Of a stretch of 49,759 bases of DNA, positions 37,323 through 47,220 are shown one piece after another; positions within the stretch are counted from its first letter, which is position 1; every line of letters begins with the position of its first letter. The notes beneath the pieces were generated by a model, which was not told the DNA's origin, did no database searches, and was given only the letters and a program-made list of their open reading frames with translations. Source of the DNA: a virus (Duplodnaviria; Caudoviricetes); the IMG/VR virus record IMGVR_UViG_3300020161_000762, positions 1-49,759 of that record; one strand, written 5' to 3'. The position numbers were made by a program, and so were the translations under genes.

Positions 37323-39197
37323 ATGGACCAATACCAAGAGTACATAGCCGCTAGCAGATACGCGCGGTTTTTAGACGACAAAGGACGTCGTGAGCAGTGG
37401 AGCGAGACCGTGTGGCGTTACGTTGACTACGTCTTCTCACGCACCCCGGCGATTAAAGACAACACAGAACTCAAGGATCGCATCTACAAGGCAATTTATG
37501 ACATGAAGGTCATGCCCTCGATGCGCGCCGTTATGACAGCAGGAAAGAGCGCAGACCGTGATAATACCTGTATCTACAATTGTTCGTATCTCCCCGTCGA
37601 CGACCCGAAGTCTTTCGATGAAGCTATGTTCATCCTGCTCTGCGGTACTGGCGTCGGGTTCAGCGTTGAATCTAAATACATTACTCAGCTGCCAGAGGTG
37701 CCGGAGCACCTTTTTGAAAGCGAACATGTTATCGCTGTCCACGACTCCAAAGAAGGATGGGCCAAAGCCCTCCGACTCCTCATCGCGCATCTCTACGCTG
37801 GCGAAGTACCTAAGTGGGACGTCAGCAAGATCCGACCAGCAGGAGCCAGACTCAAGACCTTTGGAGGCCGAGCGAGCGGACCAGGACCCCTCGTGGACCT
37901 ATTCACGTTCGCGGTTAACACCTTCAAGCACGCCCAAGGACGGAAGCTGAACACGCTCGAGTGCCACGATCTGATGTGCAAAATTGGTGAGGTGGTGGTC
38001 GTGGGTGGCGTTCGCCGCTCGGCCATGATCTCTTTGTCCGACTTGGACGACGAAAGGATTCGCCATGCTAAATCTGGACCTTGGTGGGAGACTGCACCGC
38101 ATCGTGCTCTCGCTAACAACTCGGCTGTCTTTGGAGAGACACCAACAGTTGGTAAGTTTATGGAAGAATGGCTTAGTCTTTATAATTCTCATTCTGGGGA
38201 GCGCGGTATATTTAATCGCGAAGCCGCTAAGAAAACTGTTGCCAAGTATGGTCATCGCGATCCTAATTTTGATTTCGGTACAAATCCTTGCTCCGAAATT
38301 ATTCTGCGACCCTACCAGTTTTGTAACCTTACCGAAGTGGTGGTAAGACATGACGATACGATCGAGACTCTTAAAGATAAAGTTGAGGTGGCGACGATAC
38401 TGGGAACAATTCAGTCCACCTTTACAAAGTTTCCGTATCTGCGAAAGGTGTGGCAGCGCAACACCGAGGAAGAGAGACTGTTGGGAGTGTCTTTGACAGG
38501 CATCTACGACAACATGAGAATGGTCACGCTCGGTCAAGACCTTGACCGTTTATTGGGCGAGCTGAGAGAGCACGCCAGAAAGGTAAATCATGAGTATTCG
38601 GAAAAATTTGGCATTGCGAAATCAGCTGCAATTACTTGCGTCAAGCCATCAGGCACGGTCTCGCAGCTTGTTGATTCCGCTTCGGGGATACATCCTAGAC
38701 ACTCCAAGTTCTACATCAGACGAGTCAGGGGCGATATTAAAGATCCACTATCATCCTTCCTTATCAACCAGGGAGTTCCGTCGGAGTCTTGCGTCTACAA
38801 ACCAACCCAGACAGTCGTCTTCAGCTTCCCGCAAAAAGCCCCCGACGGCCTGACGCGTGAGGACGTGACGCCTGTGAGCCACCTAGAGACATGGCTAGAG
38901 TACCAGCGCGAGTGGTGCGAGCACAAGCCGTCTGTTACAATCTCGGTTGAGGAGAAGGATTGGCCCTCGGTTGGCGCGTGGGTGTGGGATCACTTTGACG
39001 AGATCTCAGGCGTGTCATTCCTGCCGTACGATGGTGGCACGTACCGCCAGGCGCCGTACGAGGAGTGCACCGAAGAGCAGTACAATGAGCTCAAGGCAAA
39101 GATGCCAAAGATTGACTGGTCTTTGTTTAAGGAGCAGACTGACAACGTGGAGGGCGCGCAGATGCTGGCTTGCGTAGCAGGGTCATGCGAGATCTAA
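37323..39197 (+). CDS. nrdJ: Class II (adenosylcobalamin) ribonucleotide reductase
   Basis: YNCSY, GGVRRSA, TNPCSEI, KPSGT, C-terminal CVAGSCEI; no beta subunit gene nearby. Confidence 0.9.
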   Translation: MDQYQEYIAASRYARFLDDKGRREQWSETVWRYVDYVFSRTPAIKDNTELKDRIYKAIYDMKVMPSMRAVMTAGKSADRDNTCIYNCSYLPVDDPKSFDEAMFILLCGTGVGFSVESKYITQLPEVPEHLFESEHVIAVHDSKEGWAKALRLLIAHLYAGEVPKWDVSKIRPAGARLKTFGGRASGPGPLVDLFTFAVNTFKHAQGRKLNTLECHDLMCKIGEVVVVGGVRRSAMISLSDLDDERIRHAKSGPWWETAPHRALANNSAVFGETPTVGKFMEEWLSLYNSHSGERGIFNREAAKKTVAKYGHRDPNFDFGTNPCSEIILRPYQFCNLTEVVVRHDDTIETLKDKVEVATILGTIQSTFTKFPYLRKVWQRNTEEERLLGVSLTGIYDNMRMVTLGQDLDRLLGELREHARKVNHEYSEKFGIAKSAAITCVKPSGTVSQLVDSASGIHPRHSKFYIRRVRGDIKDPLSSFLINQGVPSESCVYKPTQTVVFSFPQKAPDGLTREDVTPVSHLETWLEYQREWCEHKPSVTISVEEKDWPSVGAWVWDHFDEISGVSFLPYDGGTYRQAPYEECTEEQYNELKAKMPKIDWSLFKEQTDNVEGAQMLACVAGSCEI

Positions 39198-39262
39198 GCG
39201 TTTGGAAGTGCCCGCCGCTGAATCTTTGGAATTGGAACTTAGCTTGGAAATGGAGGCAGTAA

Positions 39263-39442
39263 ATGTTATTAACTGGTTTGACACTTATATTTGTAATGGC
39301 TAAGCTGCTGGGGTACGTTGACTGGTCCTGGTGGTTGGTGCTACTACCTGCTATCATCAAAGTACTGATGACGGTGTTGTCCTTGTTGGTTGTGTTTATT
39401 GGTGTGTCTCTTGGCAAAGAGATTAAGTTGCCAAAAGAGTAG
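39263..39442 (+). CDS. Small membrane protein (WSWWLVLLP)
   Basis: 59 aa, GGAGG RBS. Confidence 0.55.
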   Translation: MLLTGLTLIFVMAKLLGYVDWSWWLVLLPAIIKVLMTVLSLLVVFIGVSLGKEIKLPKE

Positions 39443-39469
39443 TTTGTTGTTCCTTGGTGAAGTAGCCTT

Positions 39470-39566
39470 GGGGGTGCTAGGCAGGCCTCGAGAGGATGTG
39501 GCAAGCGGCGTATTTTCCTGCCTTCATAACCGCGTGCAGTAGCCACAAAATCTGGCCCCCTTTTTT
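39470..39566 (+). ncRNA. Candidate structured (pseudoknotted) RNA
   Basis: Several nested and crossing complementary segments ending in a T-run, in an intergenic gap. Confidence 0.35.
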
Positions 39567-39612
39567 GTAAAACAATCACACGCCGATGCGTCGGCCCGCC
39601 TTAGGAGCGTTT

Positions 39613-39768
39613 ATGACAGTCCAAGAAGTTCTCGCATTACTAACCCAAGAAAAATCTAACGCGTTCAAGAACAACGCGCCCCCGCCGTTCATACAAGGCC
39701 TTGAGCACGCCATCGCCGTGATCCGGATCAAGATCCGTGAGGAGGTTAAAGATGAACGTGTCAATTGA
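39613..39768 (+). CDS. Small hypothetical protein
   Basis: Start MTVQEV after AGGAG. Confidence 0.5.
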   Translation: MTVQEVLALLTQEKSNAFKNNAPPPFIQGLEHAIAVIRIKIREEVKDERVN

Positions 39769-41647
39769 CTTTGAGACCCGTAGCCGGGTCGACCTGCCAA
39801 AGCTTGGCCTGGACAAGTACTCCAGGGACCCGAGCACCGAGGTGATCTGCATGGCGTACTCGTTCGGGCCCGCCGAGCCGGAGATATGGATACCGAGCGA
39901 GACCCCGGCGCCGGATTGGCTTCTCGACGAGACCACCAGGTTCTCCGCGTGGAACGCGGCGTTTGAGGTGAACATCCTCCGCCACGTGCTCAAGGTGCCG
40001 GTTCAGTGGGAGCAGTTCACGGACAGCATGGCCGTGGCCGCCTCTAACAACCTGCCACAGTCCCTGGCGGACGCCGCGCAGGTGCTGAACCTATCCCAGC
40101 AGAAGGACGCCGCTGGCGACCGTCTGATACAGAAGCTCTCCAAGCCGCAGCGCAACGGCGAGTTCTGCTACGACCCGGTGCTGCTCTCGCAGATGTATGA
40201 GTACTGCAAGCAGGACGTGCGGACCGAGATGGCGGTGCTCAGGAAGTGCCGCAACATGTCCAGCTCCGAGCAGCGCGTGTGGGTGATGACGCAGAAGATT
40301 AACGACCGTGGCGTGCCCGTCGAGGTGAACGAGCTACAGAACGCGATCGGCACCGTGGCGGTTAACAAGGCGAAGATCGCCTCGGAGATCACCGTGCTAA
40401 CCGGCGGGATCACCGCGAACCAGCCCGCCAAGATAGCGATATGGTTGGAGGAGGCGAACATCAAGGTGGACGACCTCACCGCGGAGACGGTTCGTAAGCT
40501 CTTAGAGCGCGACAATATACCCGACAAAATCCGTCGGGTATTAGAGCTGCGCCGTCAGGGGTCGCTCACGAGCGTGGCGAAGTTTGAGAAGATGCTACAG
40601 GTTCAGGTCGGTGGCAGGATCCGTAACACCCTGGTCTACCATGGGGCTAGCACGGGCAGATTCGCCTCTAGGGGCGGTCTTAACCTACAGAACATAGCTA
40701 GACCCCACCTGAAGGACGAGAGCCTCCTGGAGGCCATTGAGCGCGTCCTGGTGGAGGGTCGCGGCGGGACTATGGACGAGCTGTCGAGCCTTGTGCGTAG
40801 TGTAATAAAAGCCCCCGCCGGCCGTACATTCTTGGATGCTGACTTCTCGTCAATCGAGAACCGTGTGGCGTCATGGATAGCCGGTCAAAATGACAAGGTA
40901 GAGATGTTTCGTCAGGGTCTTGACGAGTACAAGACCTTCGCGTCGAGCAGTCTTTATCGTGTGCCATACGAGGAGGTCACCACCGAGATGCGCCAGATCT
41001 CCAAGTCCGCCGTGCTGGGTTGCATGTTCGGTCAGGGATCACGTGGGCTGATTGAGTATGCCGATGGGATGGGGGTGAAGATGACGCCCGAGCAGAGCGA
41101 GCAGGCCGTGCGCGCGTACCGAGACTCCTACCAAAAGGTGAAGTCGGCTTGGTACGACTATGAGAGGTCCGCGATCTCAGCGGTGCGCGTCCCGGAAACG
41201 CCGGTGAAATCAGGCCGCGTTCTCTTTAAGTACACGAAAGGCACTCTTCTCATGCAGCTCCCGAGTAGCCGTATCATCTGCTGGCAGGGCCCCAAAGTCG
41301 AGGCTCAGCTGACCCCCTGGGGCGAGATGAGAGACGGCGTCACCGTGTTCAACCAGAACACTCTGACTCGGAAGTGGGGCCGTAACAAGCTTATTGGTTC
41401 GAGTATGTTTCAGTCGGCTGTCCAGGCGACTGCGAGAGATATGCTTACCGAGGCCATGCTCAGGCTTGAGGAAAACGGATTTGAAATGGTCAACACTATT
41501 CACGACGAGATTCTCCTGTTAGCAGAGGAGGCAGACGCCGAGTCCGCCTTAGATCGTGTGGTGCAAATCATGACCACGCCACCTAAGTGGGCTCCTGATT
41601 TTCCGCTCGCGGCGGAGGGTTGGGTCGGAGCTAGGTACCGTAAGTGA
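39752..41647 (+). CDS. polA: Family A DNA polymerase with 3'-5' exonuclease domain
   Basis: IDFETRS exonuclease, STGRFAS, DFSSIENR (motif A), RQISKSAVLGCMFG (motif B), IHDE (motif C). Confidence 0.92.
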   Translation: MNVSIDFETRSRVDLPKLGLDKYSRDPSTEVICMAYSFGPAEPEIWIPSETPAPDWLLDETTRFSAWNAAFEVNILRHVLKVPVQWEQFTDSMAVAASNNLPQSLADAAQVLNLSQQKDAAGDRLIQKLSKPQRNGEFCYDPVLLSQMYEYCKQDVRTEMAVLRKCRNMSSSEQRVWVMTQKINDRGVPVEVNELQNAIGTVAVNKAKIASEITVLTGGITANQPAKIAIWLEEANIKVDDLTAETVRKLLERDNIPDKIRRVLELRRQGSLTSVAKFEKMLQVQVGGRIRNTLVYHGASTGRFASRGGLNLQNIARPHLKDESLLEAIERVLVEGRGGTMDELSSLVRSVIKAPAGRTFLDADFSSIENRVASWIAGQNDKVEMFRQGLDEYKTFASSSLYRVPYEEVTTEMRQISKSAVLGCMFGQGSRGLIEYADGMGVKMTPEQSEQAVRAYRDSYQKVKSAWYDYERSAISAVRVPETPVKSGRVLFKYTKGTLLMQLPSSRIICWQGPKVEAQLTPWGEMRDGVTVFNQNTLTRKWGRNKLIGSSMFQSAVQATARDMLTEAMLRLEENGFEMVNTIHDEILLLAEEADAESALDRVVQIMTTPPKWAPDFPLAAEGWVGARYRK

Positions 41648-43429
41648 TCAGCAGTTCCACTTGCGAAGGGCTTTGTTGATGCGGCTGTCAGGATCGTTCG
41701 CGGTCTTGGCAGACGTGAGCTTTTTCTTCATGCCAGACATCCTAGAGCAGAACGAGTCGCGCCTGGCGCCACCCTCTGGCTGTGGCCGCTTGAGCGTGCC
41801 ACCGGTCTCGGCGTGGTAAGATGCGCGACCCTTGGCGTTCAACCCGCCCTCTGGGTTCTTGCCCTCCTTGCGCTGCCACGCCGCGGTCTTGCCACCCTTC
41901 GCGTACTGGGCGAGCCCACCATCTGCTTTTTTAAGGGGTGAATAACGCGGCAGGTCGTATGTACCAGACGCTTCGTTTATCGCTCGAACCTCTTCATCCG
42001 ACAGCACTCGATTGACGCGCATGTCGCCACTGATCAGCCAGTTGCCTTCCATGTTGGGGCTGGTCTTATAGCGGTAGTGACCACCGAATGGAATCTCGTC
42101 TGTTATGTGGGCCGTGCGCGGAATAATAAGTCCAGACTTATTGCGCTGTGCTCGTTCATTAGCAATTTTCTGCCAGTTCACATCGGCTGGCATGTCTACC
42201 TCTGCCCACACTTGCTCTGGAGGTCGCAGGTCCGGGGCTTTAAGATTTGGATTTGATTTAGCGCCAATGTGTGTTGCTATTGGCAAATCTCCAGCGTGCC
42301 ATCCTGGCCTATAAGCAAGCTCACCTAATTTGGATTTAACCTTACCAGTTGCCGACAGAGGCCCTACTTCCGCCTGAAGCCATTCACCAACGGGCACAGG
42401 CTTATTAGCATTTACAAAGAGCGGGTAAAGAGTCTCCGGATCGTTAGTCTTTCTGCGAAATAACTTGTAAGCTTTAACCATCTCCTTAAACACATCTCCG
42501 CCTTTTGCCAAATTTACGGGGCCCCCTTCTTTATAATCTTTCATAGCCTTGACAAGGTCCGCATGGGTTGTCTGCGCACCACCCATTTTGTCCCACAATG
42601 TGTGGTGCGCAAGGTGTTGATAGAACGGATCTAATGAAGGGTCAATGTCTAACGCTAAAGCTTTTTGCCGGGCCGTTAGGCGGTCAACGGCTTCTAACCC
42701 ACCGGTACCCTTACCGCGTTTCATAATAGACCCAATGCCGACTGGGGGTGTGTTTGCCTGCAAGTTTAACTGCCTGGCGTCCAACGTTGGAACGTCTCCA
42801 CGCCCCAGTAATGATCCAATAAAACCAGGCTTTGCACTGTCAATTCCTTTTATACTACTGGCCCATTTTCTAAAACGGTCACTATCAGAAAGCAGTGCTT
42901 TGTTTACGTCGCCCATTTTAGGTAACTCCGTGGCCCCGTACGCCATCTGACCGATTAGTTGGTTTTGCTTTCCAAACGGTGCAAACTTTTCCTGTATGTC
43001 ACTAAGCGCCCGTTGATTTACCTCCCCGCGTTCCGCGGATTGCAAATACTTTTGACCCATGGGGGAACCAAGCCACTCTGCAAACGCTCCCTCTGGCCTT
43101 ACTAATTCATCGGTACGAGGAACCTTTAGTCCAGCCTTTGTGGCCGTGTTGTAAGGTAAGCCACCTCGCCCAATACTCGATTGTGTTATGCCGTAGGCCT
43201 TTAACAAATCACGAGGGCCCATCTCACCGCGTTGTGCTCGCCCCAACTGCCGTTGCATAAACTGGCCGTAGCCACCCTGGATGTAGTCGGGCACCTCTGT
43301 TGGGTAGTCTAAACGCTGTGCAACTTCTTCAATAGGCTTCCAACTCCAGTCCTCAATTCTTTTAGTTGCCGGATCCTTGTACCCTTTGATCCTTGACAAC
43401 ACCTGAGACATTTTGACCGGGTTAGCCAT
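41648..43429 (-). CDS. Multidomain probable virion cargo protein (HhH glycosylase-like domain, RPGWH domain, basic C-terminal domain)
   Basis: 593 aa; domains separated by YKEGG/LAKGG and KADGG/YAKGG. Confidence 0.65.
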   Translation of the reverse strand: MANPVKMSQVLSRIKGYKDPATKRIEDWSWKPIEEVAQRLDYPTEVPDYIQGGYGQFMQRQLGRAQRGEMGPRDLLKAYGITQSSIGRGGLPYNTATKAGLKVPRTDELVRPEGAFAEWLGSPMGQKYLQSAERGEVNQRALSDIQEKFAPFGKQNQLIGQMAYGATELPKMGDVNKALLSDSDRFRKWASSIKGIDSAKPGFIGSLLGRGDVPTLDARQLNLQANTPPVGIGSIMKRGKGTGGLEAVDRLTARQKALALDIDPSLDPFYQHLAHHTLWDKMGGAQTTHADLVKAMKDYKEGGPVNLAKGGDVFKEMVKAYKLFRRKTNDPETLYPLFVNANKPVPVGEWLQAEVGPLSATGKVKSKLGELAYRPGWHAGDLPIATHIGAKSNPNLKAPDLRPPEQVWAEVDMPADVNWQKIANERAQRNKSGLIIPRTAHITDEIPFGGHYRYKTSPNMEGNWLISGDMRVNRVLSDEEVRAINEASGTYDLPRYSPLKKADGGLAQYAKGGKTAAWQRKEGKNPEGGLNAKGRASYHAETGGTLKRPQPEGGARRDSFCSRMSGMKKKLTSAKTANDPDSRINKALRKWNC

Positions 43430-45396
43430 TACGATAGTCCACCCTTTCTAAATCCGCTGCGTTGTAATTCTTTAATCCAATTTTCGGTAATCTCTTGACG
43501 CGGATATACGCGCTCACTACTGCCCTTCGGGGTATAGCCCGCCGTGTGTTCATAGTACCCGGGTTGTTTAAGTGCCCCTGACTTTTTAGGAGCTGTCTTG
43601 CCGGTGTCTTTTCGCCACTGTTGTTGAAAATCCATCAGTGACAACTCACTGGGCACCGGGGTGTACGTTACGTCAAGATCTTCTCCTAGCAATTTATACG
43701 GATATGCAGGGTTTAAATCATGTCGAGGTTGCTTCAGTGTTTCGCCAGATAATCTAAATGCGCGCGGACCCATAGAAAACGTTGGGGATCCCAATACCAT
43801 GGGATCTGTAGTTTCTTTAAGTATTTGTTCGTACGGAATAATTTGACCTTTTCGTCCTCCGATACCTTTACCACCAAATGCGTGTTGGGCTATCGCTTTT
43901 CTTTTGTCAAACGTTTTACCAAGTGATTCGACCATTTCGCGATCTGCGATGTCAAACCCTTCAATTGGATCAAAAGCTTGTTTAGTATTACCACGTATAT
44001 TACCTCCAGATTGAATGTAGTCGTTAATGTTTTTTCTTAACTCCGGGGTCATCTTACTTTGGTTTTTATAAAATTCTTCTAGCATCCTATCGTAAATCAT
44101 TTGATTAGACTGGTGCATCTTTGCCTCACCCAAAAGCGGCGCAAAGATTTGATTTTGTGTTCCACCGAACCGTGGATCTTTTGCAATGTTAGCAATTCCG
44201 GTTGCAGTTGCTGGTTGTCCGGATCCCCATGCGATATTTTGATATTTAGGATCACCTAATTGGTTAGCAGAAAAACTTGGTCCACCAACAAATCTCATAC
44301 GATCCGCTTGGGTTGGAACAAAGTAGTTACCAATATATTCTTGCGCCCAATCAGATAACTTTCCCGCTTGTTTTGACCCGTACTCAAAGGCTTCTTTAAC
44401 TTTTTTTCCCTTCGCGTACCCGGCCAATCCACCGGCGGCGCGGCGCTCGACATTTTCCTCGTCCTCTGTGAGGCTCTTGTACATCCTGGTGAGCGGAACG
44501 CCCAAGCCCATCAGCGTGCCAGCGGCTCGGATTGGCTTGATCCTGGAGAGCATGCCAAGGCCGCCAACGGCTCCGGCTCCGCTCATGGCGGCCTGACCGA
44601 TGTTGCCCTCACGGGCCTGCTCGTACGCGTCACGGCCCTGACCGGCGGCCATCGCGCCCCCAAGGTACAGCGGCGACTTTTTTGGCTCCGCAAGGTTGCG
44701 GCTCATCCTGCTTAGCATTGATGGCTTGGGCGGCGCTGCGGGTGGTGTAGCGGCCGGTGGCGCGGATAGCTGCGCGGCGGATCTTGTGGGTGGTGCCTCT
44801 TGTGCAAACCTTTGTTGGTTTATATCGTCACCTAATCGAGACTCTACTAATATGCCAGACCCGACCACTGGTTTGAATGCCCCACCGGTTTCCTTTTCTG
44901 CCTGCTTTAGTATTTTTTGTCTTTGGCTGGCCTCTGCATAATCTTTTCCGCCGTAATAAGCGCCATGAGATTGCCCAGTCTTAGGGTCAAGTATTTCGGT
45001 CTGTGTTTCAGCCCAGTTCTTAACCGCGCTGCTTTTTTCCGGGGTTGGCGCGGCGGTCTGCGGCGCCATGCTCGGCTCCATCCTTGGCGCGGCGGGCGCT
45101 GCCGGTGCCGCCCCAGGAGCTGGTGGCTTGCGCCCCATCATCGAGCGCGCGGCGGTGTCTATGCCGGCCCCAACCGCGGGTCCTAACAGTCTGCCCGCTG
45201 CGGCCCCTGCCAGTCCGTAGGTCATTGGGTTATGAAGACCACTGTCATCGGCCGGCGCGGCCTTCTTCTCTTCCTGAACCATCCCCTGGGCCTCTAGCTC
45301 GCGGATGTAGTCCGCTAACTTCTGAGCGTCCTCGGCGTTGCCGGCGGCGTCTGCTTGCTGTAGCGCGTCGTACGCGCGTTGTAATAGTTCGTTCAT
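43429..45396 (-). CDS. Probable internal virion protein with an AT-rich C-terminal domain
   Basis: 655 aa; Pro/Ala-rich and Gly-rich hydrophobic N-half; RAAGG/YAKG boundary. Confidence 0.65.
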   Translation of the reverse strand: MNELLQRAYDALQQADAAGNAEDAQKLADYIRELEAQGMVQEEKKAAPADDSGLHNPMTYGLAGAAAGRLLGPAVGAGIDTAARSMMGRKPPAPGAAPAAPAAPRMEPSMAPQTAAPTPEKSSAVKNWAETQTEILDPKTGQSHGAYYGGKDYAEASQRQKILKQAEKETGGAFKPVVGSGILVESRLGDDINQQRFAQEAPPTRSAAQLSAPPAATPPAAPPKPSMLSRMSRNLAEPKKSPLYLGGAMAAGQGRDAYEQAREGNIGQAAMSGAGAVGGLGMLSRIKPIRAAGTLMGLGVPLTRMYKSLTEDEENVERRAAGGLAGYAKGKKVKEAFEYGSKQAGKLSDWAQEYIGNYFVPTQADRMRFVGGPSFSANQLGDPKYQNIAWGSGQPATATGIANIAKDPRFGGTQNQIFAPLLGEAKMHQSNQMIYDRMLEEFYKNQSKMTPELRKNINDYIQSGGNIRGNTKQAFDPIEGFDIADREMVESLGKTFDKRKAIAQHAFGGKGIGGRKGQIIPYEQILKETTDPMVLGSPTFSMGPRAFRLSGETLKQPRHDLNPAYPYKLLGEDLDVTYTPVPSELSLMDFQQQWRKDTGKTAPKKSGALKQPGYYEHTAGYTPKGSSERVYPRQEITENWIKELQRSGFRKGGLS

Positions 45397-45398
45397 TG

Positions 45399-47210
45399 TT
45401 ACCTCTTAGGGTACTTGTCAAGCAGGGAACGACCCGGGTGTGTGTCCAAGCTCTTCTTAGCTCCTGCCGGCTTTACGGGTTCAATAGGAGTTTTAGCTAA
45501 AGCTAGAAGGTCCTTGCCGTATTGTTCCCTTCTCTTTAAGAACTCGGGGTTGTTGTACATGAAATCCCTGAAGTCGGCGTTCATGTTTTGCCTTCTCCAC
45601 GGTAAGTACACCTCATCGAATAATTTTTTGTCGTACTCCGCCCTCTTTTGCTGAAACGCCATGAAGCGCTTGGCGGCACCTGGAGGATCTGAGGCGCTAC
45701 CGGACATTTGTGATATTAAACGACGCTCCGCGTCTGAGACAGCGCCTTGGCCCTTTAAGAAAGACTGAGCGTTTGCAAGATTTAACCCGGCGTACTCCCT
45801 AGCCAATTCTCTTGCTGCGTTAATTGTGGCCTGGTCTTGGCCCTTCATTGCGCCAATTTGAATCACAGCTTGCTCAATCCCGGGGACGCTAAGCGATCCA
45901 AAATTTCCTAACTGGAACCCGGTTGCCAGGGTTCCCAATATGGCCGGAACTAGGCCCGGTTTTGCTAGGGGTCCGGAGGCATTGGAGTGACGAGCTATTA
46001 TGTTGTTTATGTTTTCAATCGTAGCCAGTCGACTGCCGGAAGTTTCACCAGCCTTCTCAATCTCGGCCTCTTTCAGCTCAACATCTTTAGCCCGAAGGTT
46101 CCGGCGCTCTTGTTGCACCGCTAGTTCTACCTCCCCCGCTCTCTGTCTAAGAGCATTTGCTTCTTTACTCACCGGAGCTAGATTACCTAAGTAGCTTGTT
46201 TCCGCCGAGGGAGCTTTTGGCGCCATCGTTGCCGGGGTGCCTGGAGCAGCAGCAGTTGGTGGCGTTGCTGGTGCAACAGCAGCCGGAGCTCGTGGCGCAG
46301 CAGCAGCAGTTGGTGGAGTTGCTGGTGCAGCAGCAGCCGGAGCTCGTGGCGCAGCGGCCGGAGCCGCAGCCGGTGGCATCCCAGCCTGTGGTGGTTGTTG
46401 TGGAGCAGCCCCCTGCGGCGCTTGCTGTGGTAGTGGGGGCGGCGCTGGGTTTTTAATTGCATTCGCCGCGGGTGTTCCTTTAGCGACCGGAACCGTTTGG
46501 TATAGAGGTGTGGGAATTGTTCCTCTTGATGTCACTTGATCAACATTCTTAAACGCCTCTGGACCTACCATCGCTTGCGTTATGTACTTTTGCCTGTCTT
46601 CATCCGAAATGTTAGGATCATTTTTTATCATGTTAATGCGCCTAGCCAGCTCCCCAGTCATCGGCGAGGATTCCATCAGGTACTTGTTAAGCTGCTGGTG
46701 CGCCGCCTTCTTGTCGGTGGCGTACAAGTGGGAAATCTGTCGCTTGAGGTTGGGGTCCTTGATCATATCGACCAAACCGCCAACTCGACCTATTTGGGGC
46801 GCAGCACCGGCGTCTGTCGCGGTGGCCTGCCCTTGAGCGGCCGCGGTTTGTTGTGGGGTGCCCAAGAAGATATTTGAGTCCAGCATCGCCTGGCGGTGCT
46901 GAGCGATCTGGTTCTGCATTGAGAACAGTTCAGCGGCTTGTTTGGAGCGCTGCTCGTCTCGCATCTTGAGTGTCTCCGTGGGGCCTTGGATGCCACCGCC
47001 GGTCCACGCCGCCGCGTCCTTCAGAGCCTCCATGAAGCCGCTCTGCTTCTCCATGCGCTGATTGTACAAATTAGCCATCGCCTCGAGCGTGCTCGGGCTG
47101 GCTATCGTCGCGGACTTGCCGGACCCGACCGTAACGCCAAGACCCGGCTCCTCTTCAACCTCTTCTTCGATCTCATCAACCGATGAGAGACCGCCTCTGT
47201 TCTGCGCCAT
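45399..47210 (-). CDS. Probable internal virion/ejection protein
   Basis: 603 aa, helical with Pro/Ala repeats and a KGQGAVSDAERR motif. Confidence 0.6.
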   Translation of the reverse strand: MAQNRGGLSSVDEIEEEVEEEPGLGVTVGSGKSATIASPSTLEAMANLYNQRMEKQSGFMEALKDAAAWTGGGIQGPTETLKMRDEQRSKQAAELFSMQNQIAQHRQAMLDSNIFLGTPQQTAAAQGQATATDAGAAPQIGRVGGLVDMIKDPNLKRQISHLYATDKKAAHQQLNKYLMESSPMTGELARRINMIKNDPNISDEDRQKYITQAMVGPEAFKNVDQVTSRGTIPTPLYQTVPVAKGTPAANAIKNPAPPPLPQQAPQGAAPQQPPQAGMPPAAAPAAAPRAPAAAAPATPPTAAAAPRAPAAVAPATPPTAAAPGTPATMAPKAPSAETSYLGNLAPVSKEANALRQRAGEVELAVQQERRNLRAKDVELKEAEIEKAGETSGSRLATIENINNIIARHSNASGPLAKPGLVPAILGTLATGFQLGNFGSLSVPGIEQAVIQIGAMKGQDQATINAARELAREYAGLNLANAQSFLKGQGAVSDAERRLISQMSGSASDPPGAAKRFMAFQQKRAEYDKKLFDEVYLPWRRQNMNADFRDFMYNNPEFLKRREQYGKDLLALAKTPIEPVKPAGAKKSLDTHPGRSLLDKYPKR

Positions 47211-47220
47211 GTTCTAGTCC

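Noticed and set aside
39443-39566. tRNA
   Set aside because: No T-loop GTTC or cloverleaf; kept only as an unassigned structured RNA candidate.
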